Shown here: positions 57,103-64,000 of the stretch, one piece after another
Numbering within the stretch: position 1 is the stretch's first letter
How the letters are laid out: each line of letters opens with the position of its first letter
Source of the DNA: Macrostomum hystrix
Taxonomy: Eukaryota; Animalia; Platyhelminthes
Reading direction: 5' to 3'
Assembly (NCBI GenBank): GCA_950097015.1
Contig: CATNEN010000007.1
Span: forward strand, 2,108,001-2,172,000
DNA length: 64,000 nt
Made by a program: the position numbers and the translations under genes
Notes under the pieces: model-generated
Told to the model about the DNA's origin: nothing
Databases searched by the model: none
Seen by the model: only the letters and a program-made list of their open reading frames with translations

Positions 57103-60048
57103 TCATGGCTTCCATGTGATGACCCTGATAGCAATGGCGGCGTGTTTGCGCACGTTGGTGATGATGTCAGACTCGAGTTTTCGAATCTTGTCGACGTGCC
57201 CGGTGAGTATTTTGCGACCCTCGGGCGCCTCAGCCAGACAGGTGAAAACTTTGAGGGCGTTGACGCGGACTTCGCTGTTGGGATCGTCCACCAGCGGCAG
57301 CAGCGGGTTGATGCACTCGGCGTTCAGAGCGGTGTACTTGCCCTGTGTTGTCACTGTGATGCTGGATGAGTAGAGAGGAATGAAATCGCTAGTCGGGTAC
57401 ATAGGCTATTAATTGAAACTATAATTCCCTTTTGAATAGCTTTGAAAGCAACAAACAATGAGCAGTACTCACAAAGACAGCGCGCCGGCAGCGTTGGACC
57501 TCACCTCGCTGGCATTGTCACCCAGCAGGCTGATCAGAGCTGGCACGGTGCCCACTTCCACAGCCTTGTCTTTTCCGTCAAGTGGCACGCTGTGTTCAAA
57601 TGTTAGTTTATTGTCTGATGTTCGGTGACAGGCAAACAGAATTAGGAATAATTAAAACAAGATATCAGGATCTCTGCCTCCTCATTCGTGATAATGGGCT
57701 TTGTAACTTCAGCAAAAACTATTTTAAAAGTTACAACATGCAAGTGTATGTAACAAGAGACAGCACGTTAAGCCTGATGTGTTGTATCGTATTTCACTTT
57801 GATGTCTCACTAAGTGGACTCGTTCCAAAAATTTATGAGTCTGTTCAGGTAAATTAGCATAGGAATTACGCACCTGAGATCCATAATATCCCTGGCGGCC
57901 TTCGCCCGGATTGTGGGCAAGTTACTGGCCAGTAGCGAGGTGAAGACTTCCATTCCATGAGCTTTCAGAGCGTCCTGCGTGTTCACAACCAGACAGAAGT
58001 GCAGCGTATCCAGAATGCACTCTTTGATTTCATCGTGCTCCGATTTGACCTTCTCGATGAGCTTGGGCACCAAGGCAGCCTGAACGATGCCATCGGCGCC
58101 GAATGGCACCTCAGAGAGCATCTCGATGGCCATGTGGGCGTTGCGCCGGCAGATGTCTTCGGCGTCATCGAACAGAGCCGACAGAGGGGCGATGCTGCCG
58201 GTGTCCAGAATGGCCTCGCGTCCCACTGAGTGCTCTAGGAGGTTGGTAAGGAAGCAATGTTATTAAAGCTATATGAAGTGATTACTCCCGAAACTTTTTT
58301 TGTAAAACTCGTAAGCCTAAAAACTAAAAATGACCTCATCAAATCAGGCATTTACATCCATCATTGAAATCAGTTAAGCTTAACTCTTCAGATAAGCTCC
58401 CAAACCATATTGTACTTTTTGACCATGATTAAACACTGAGGCCTGGACCCAGTGCTAAAAATGTTATTTGACTGTGTGGTTTCATTTCAATGTGATGTTT
58501 GGACTCGCTCACGAGAAATCACGTAGATGCACATGGTAGAAAGCTGGCGGCAAGTGACATCGGAATCCCTCAGCAGAGACTTCAGAGATACGACAATTCC
58601 TGCAAGGCAACGAGCCGAATAATTAATCTGCAACTATTGCTGCTTGCGAGCATAAATGAACGAGAAAAACAGTAGATGAGGCCAGCAGACTGACCTTCGT
58701 GAATAGCTGCGGCAACGTGCTCATGATCGTGCAGGTAGTCGCACAGAGCCTTCACGGCCTTCTGACGCGTCAGTGTGTTGTCAGTGTCCTGCAGCTCTCG
58801 GTTCTGATGTAAAAAAGTCAATCGATTTTCCTCCATTATGAATCTCAACAGTTTTCTTAGGGAACTAAAATATCAAGTGACGCTTTGCTCAATCGTATTT
58901 GAACATTAGACCGGCTTAACATTTTACCCCCAATAAAATGATCACAAAAGCAGTGAATATATGCTAGCGCTTGAGGTGGAAAGCAGCTGGTCCCGCTAAA
59001 AAATAGGGATGTTTCTTTGGGTGATTCCAGTTGGAATCTGCGGTGTTTCCAGAAAAAGAAACAGCCGAACGCTGCAAACATACCAATCGGATGATTCCAT
59101 GCTTAGAATCTACCCAACTGGGCGTTTTCTCGGTGCTTCTTGGTGGCGAAATGGAATCACCCAAATAATCCTCCAGTTCGGAAGATTCCATGCTCAGAAA
59201 CCGCCGAGGAATCGCCCGTAAATAATTATCTGGTTGTCCCATGGGCCACTGGTTCGGGTGATTCTTCGGCGGTTTCCGCACAATTTACGGTTACATCGGC
59301 TGCTTCCTGGGTGGTTTCTTTAACTCTTGCGAGATAGGGGGGATTTTGGTAGATTCCACTCCTATTTTGCACAAAAAAACCCGCCGAAGAAGCAGCCGAA
59401 TTTTTTACAGGGGTAGCTTTTTGTTGCTCGCGACAGCGGACAACAAAAAATGAATTGCTTAAATAGCACGTATTCGCACATTAAAATTCATTAATTTTCT
59501 GTTTTACTAAAACTAGAATAATGCGAGACTGATTTCGAGACGTTTATCGCTATATAAATCGCTTTTCAAATATATTATACCACAACTGTTTTACTGCGAA
59601 AACATTTAATTATTACTAATACTTATACTAAGGCATGACTAATACTAGTGGTTAGAGCGTCGGACACACGACTTAAAGGTCGGTGGTTCGATTCGCGACT
59701 TCACTTAGCCAGACACTTAAATCAGTATTGCTTCAGTTCACCCAGCTGTTAAATGGGTACCAGCATAAGCTGGGGTAATTGAAGGTGGGTGTGGCGTCCC
59801 GCCAGTTTATGGACAGAACAGCTGTACCCAGCCTAAAGATGCGCCTCGCGATTGCTGCGGCTGTGCTGTTGGTTGCACATCTGACCCAATAGGGGCAGGT
59901 ATTTAAATATTAAATAATACTAAAACAATATACATGAATAAATAGAAAGTCTTACCAATCGTCTCAAAGCCCCATTGCCATAGGCCATTGTGGCCTTGGT
60001 CGGATCGATATTCGGTGGTAAATTGGATGAGATCACAGACGTGGCCAT
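57103..60048 (-). CDS. RSPH14: Radial spoke head protein 14 (RTDR1), armadillo-repeat protein
   Basis: Exons 60048-59956 (MATSVISSNLPPNIDPTKATMAYG), 58803-58695, 58599-58513, 58234-57874, 57589-57473 and 57361-57103, all phase-consistent. Motifs TRQKA, HSVGR, RAKAARD, SNAAGAL, TTQGKY, LAEAPEGRK, and C-terminal WKP*. Confidence 0.92.
58992..59412. mobile_element. MITE with CCC..TAAAAAA termini (CACTA/EnSpm-like) in RSPH14 intron 1
   Basis: Left end CCCGCTAAAAAA, right end TTTTTTTACAGGG, 2-bp TSD GT, and internal GGAATC/GATTCC repeats in both orientations. Confidence 0.6.
59633..59905 (+). mobile_element. tRNA-derived SINE family C
   Basis: A-box TAGTGGTTAGAGCG, B-box GGTTCGATTCG, and central CACCCAGCTGTTAAATGGGTACC resembling conserved domains of widespread invertebrate SINEs. 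Confidence 0.65.
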
Positions 60049-63008
60049 TTTACTGGAAGTGTTGGGTAAGAAAAACATGTAAGAACTTAACAAAGTTGTT
60101 TAAAATTAAATACCCATTTTTATCACGTATTTGTGACATGCTTCAGTGCAAAGTATGGCTTGCAATTGCATTTTTATTTTTAACTATATATATTTTACTA
60201 GCCATAGCATTAGCCATTCGTTGCATTTTTATAGCAGTACAAGTATGAAGTATATAATGTAAGCCAATATTGAACACATATAATCAAAGCCCAAACTATT
60301 TTTCAGCTAGCAAGCAAGTATATGCACGTTTAGAGATGCTCAACATGAACTTTATAGAAAATTTCTGTATGATAAATGTTTTCGATTTTCTTACTTACTT
60401 TCAAGATTTACTTATATAAGTATAAAAGCATGATATGCAATATTGCTACCTCTTAATACTTAATTTGTTACATAAATTTTGAATTCTTGAAAGAATTTTT
60501 AAATAGCGATGAAGAATTGCGAAAAAATAGTGAATTGGTGTATCAATTATAAATTTTAATATTAAAAAATATATTTTAAAATATTAATTTTTCATTTTTA
60601 AAGGAGACATACAGCTTTTATACAAAAACATTGATGCTTATAGCTTTACAATACAATGTTGTCGGTAGAATAATATATACAAAGTAAATTTTATGCGACA
60701 CAGTTGGCTGCACAAAAGCTATGGTATCATTGGTACCTTACGCTCGTATCATATATATTTGCTTTTTAGGGCCTCGTTGGAGACAATTCGCTTTTTATTA
60801 CGTTTTAATTGACATGGCTGTTTTTAATCCGAATGACATTAAAAATATTTTTTATATGTGTTTCAAAAACTATGTTACATATATCGCTAAGAAACAGTTA
60901 GGTATAACAAAGTAGCAAAGTTGTCTTAAGTAATTTTTCAACATTTATTTGGTAAATTATCATCTTAAAGTAATTTATGCAATTTATTTCTGTGCCCATA
61001 AAATTATACATCTTTGTCTATTATACGTCGTATGCCTTCAGAAATGTATACTTCCTAAGAGAATACAGAACTTTTAAAATTTATACTCGTATACATATTT
61101 ACAGTATATATGTTACTCGAGTAGTCCTGGATATTTATATGTCGCTAAACTCTATCCTCTTGAATTAGAATCGAGAGATTAATGACATCAGTATACATGT
61201 GCAAACGTTCACTTTCATTTTGGCGTTTTGCTAATTCGGCGATTTTTAGTATTATCACACGAGTCCGAAGCATTTTATAAAAAGCATAGCAAATTCATCT
61301 AAATTTCTTGAGAATTTTTATTCTTACTATTGATTTTGAACAAACATGGTTGTAATAAAAGTCCAAAATATTCCACGAAATCTTAATGTGTGATTGCCAC
61401 GCATCAACAATACATTTTGAAATTTATACCTACACGTGCGCACCTGTTTTTTTAATGCATGTTCCTTGCTTTCTTAAATCTCTGCATCTAACTTCTCGAT
61501 TTGAAGTTCCGAAAAAACCACATCCGACCATAATCGTGACCAAACTGATTCCTACCACCAGTGTATGCAGCTAACTACTTGTCCTTGCTGTACGTTAAGG
61601 TTGCATCTCTTGCTTGAGTCTGGTAGAAGTTCTAGTAGCTAGAAGTAAATGACTGGCAAGAGTTATTGATTATTTTAATGGCTAAAGCTGGCTAAGAACT
61701 TCGCTCTCATTGTTTTACATGTGCAATTAAAACAATTTAGGTGCAGCAGAGCAGTCCTGTTAAAACGAAAAGCAGTCTTGGATGTTGATGCTGAATTGCA
61801 GATGAACCCGTTCCATTTGTCACAGTGAATTTTCTATCCTGGTCTGTCGAATCTAGAAAAGTGTGCCCTATTTCCTGAATTTACTAGTTTAGCAAGTTTA
61901 CTCATGCAATTTACCCTACTAAGGCAAATAAAATTTGAGGCAGTTGGTACAGGTACAGCTTTTGTTGAGAGCTAAAATTAGATCGCATTATATAGGCAGG
62001 ACCAATGGCTAGCTACTTTTTTCCGAGAAGACTAGAACAATCAGCCTGCGCACTACGAAAATGAATTCTAGGCCCAGAACAGAAAATGTTCTACACACAG
62101 CGCATTTGGCATGCGACTCATCAAGCAGAACTAGCTCAATGCGGTAGTTCCTCGGGGGAAGTACTCGTAACTGCTCGAGGATAGATTTTTATCGAGCAAT
62201 CGATGCTCCGTCGGTCATTGCGAAACACATGGTTAAGCAACACGCTTGGCCCTAGATTTCCGCATCAGAAGTCAATGCTATTATAAACTAAGAACTGCAT
62301 TTTGTGCGCCTGTTTGGCTCGACGCAGTGCAATTTAGATAATTATGGGATTCCAACAATGTGGGCAAATATCAGCACGGGGAGTAATTTTTCTCTCCAAA
62401 ATACGGACTGGAAAAAAGTATTTTTTGTTAAGGTAGACAATGCAGTTGCTAAGGGAGGGTCCGGGTTGAGGAGGGTCAGAATTCTATTGAGATTGTTTCT
62501 CAGCATCGCCATGGATACCGGTTGAGCAGGAGGCCCAGTCTCCCTTCTGTTTTCTAGTCTAGAGCACGGGCCTTTCCATCCTGCCCTACCCCGGACAGAA
62601 AGGGAATTGCAATTGGGGCAGAGAGCCAGGGGCCAGAACATTTTTTAAACTAGAAAATCGATGCCACCAACCCAACCCTGAAGACGAGATCTTCTCTTCA
62701 GCTGGCTGATCGGCCAATCCAGAGCCCGGGCAGTCAGGCGGCTGGCTTGCAGCAGCTTCCAGAGCAGGAGCAGTCAGGCGGCTGGCTTGCAGCAGCTTCC
62801 AGAGCAGGAGCAGCAGCTATTGAAAAGGCAACAAATTAGCTACCGGTTGCTAACCGGAGAGAAGAGCCGCGCCACATCTCACCCTACTGGCTTGTGTCTG
62901 GCGTAAAACTAAGGCTTTTATTCTATTCTGCAGCAACTTTTTCTAAAATTTTCTTTCTAGGAAGACGGGAACTTTCTGGAACAGAAGCGACAATCGGACT
63001 TTAGAACA

Positions 63009-63386
63009 ATGCACTTTGGTGAGGCAATCTTGAAAGATCATGGCGATTTTTTAATATACATTTTCAGATAACGATGAAGTTTTAAGGATTAAATTAAAAC
63101 TTTTGATTCTCCGAATTTTGAAAGAAAACTAGTCGCGACTCGTGACTAGTGTACAAATGAACTGCAACTGCTATTTATAATTCTATTGGAAAACATTTTG
63201 AAAGTTTGTAATTTTTGCGACCGCTGTACATGCTTTCACTATGCTGACTAAAATATTTAAATTGCTCACATGTAACAATGAATTGCAGCATCCCAGCTGG
63301 TAACAGCTGCGCTGGGACTTTGGCTAGCTGTGCAGCTGCTCAACGGGCCCCTGGTGGCGTTCGCTGCCGGCAGCTGTCCTGATGCT
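63009..63386 (+). CDS. Probable 5' exons of a secreted or membrane protein gene continuing beyond the window
   Basis: ATGCACTTTG|gtgagg (63009-63018) spliced to 63289-63386|gtaagt gives MHFASQLVTAALGLWLAVQLLNGPLVAFAAGSCPDA, which looks like a signal peptide. The phases match. Confidence 0.5.
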
Positions 63387-63854
63387 GTAAGTTTCGAACT
63401 ATTAAGCCTGGCACTCTTGTGTATGACTTACGCAAATCTCGTAGATTTCGCTAGTGCTTGGTAAAATGAATAGAGAAAACATAACAGGTGATTCAGTCAA
63501 GGAGTGTTCGGCTAGTGGAGTTGGTTTAGTGTGGGTTTAGCTGGTGTTTCAGATAGAGTGCTGGTTCAGTGTGGGTTCTAGTGTTGTAAGGCTCAGTGGG
63601 TCATGTAGAGACAAGGGGATAGGAAGAAAGCTAAAAGGAATTTCAGGGAAGTTCAAAGGTTGGCTGGAGCAATCGGTGTGAAATCGGTTTTAATACGGGG
63701 GCTGGGCTGGGCTATTGGAAATGTTAGTCAATTATCATGATACGGAATACTTAATTACGGCGTGCAGTGTTTATAAATAGGGTAAGCCTTGAATATACAC
63801 CCTCGTAGAAAGTGCTCTGAAATAAAGTAAACCTGAATGAAGGAAAGGCTTGGG

Positions 63855-64000
63855 CTAGGTAGCAGAGCAGTCTATAACGCTTTTGCCTCTTACAACAAGG
63901 TTCCCAAGGTCGATTCCGCGGTGAGGCCACATTCATTTGAGGCACAGCCGCAAAGAGTCAGGAAATTTACACCCTTGTGTCCTTTAAGTGGAAGGCTTAC
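63855..64000 (+). mobile_element. SINE family A, diverged 5' part
   Basis: GGTAGCAGAGCAG...GGTCGATTCCGCGGTGAGGCCACATTCATTTG matches the SINE-A head. Confidence 0.7.

Noticed and set aside
60100-62200. AT-rich short ORFs upstream of RSPH14
   Set aside because: No coding-like composition or recognisable motifs; treated as intron or intergenic sequence.
62710-62820. Short direct repeat GCAGTCAGGCGGCTGGCTTGCAGCAGCTTCCAGAGCAGGA x2
   Set aside because: A simple local duplication with no further structure.

Overview
Eukaryotic (metazoan) genomic DNA with spliceosomal GT-AG introns and many repeats. The axonemal genes, non-arthropod-looking receptors and dense minisatellites would fit a ciliated invertebrate such as a Macrostomum-like flatworm, but that is only a guess. 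Main contents: (1) a five-copy family of small (~170-180 aa) proteins I cannot assign to a known family, each with three exons and two phase-2 introns, and each ending in a micro-exon encoding a CaaL prenylation motif; three copies are intact and two decayed. (2) A 5'-truncated BEL/Pao LTR retrotransposon inside a 15-bp satellite. (3) An STPR-like 23-aa repeat ORF. (4) A Penelope-like element with a minimal hammerhead ribozyme in its 3' tail. (5) IQCA1/DRC11, with a run of candidate symmetric KKG micro-exons. (6) A Helitron remnant, a TIR-bounded element, a MITE, candidate solo LTRs and three tRNA-derived SINE families. (7) A tandem cluster of five gustatory-receptor-like (7TMIC/GRL) genes, two intact and three pseudogenes. 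(8) RSPH14 and the probable start of a secreted-protein gene. Gene models were assembled by eye from splice signals, phase continuity and paralog comparison. No database search was run, and repeat boundaries are approximate.
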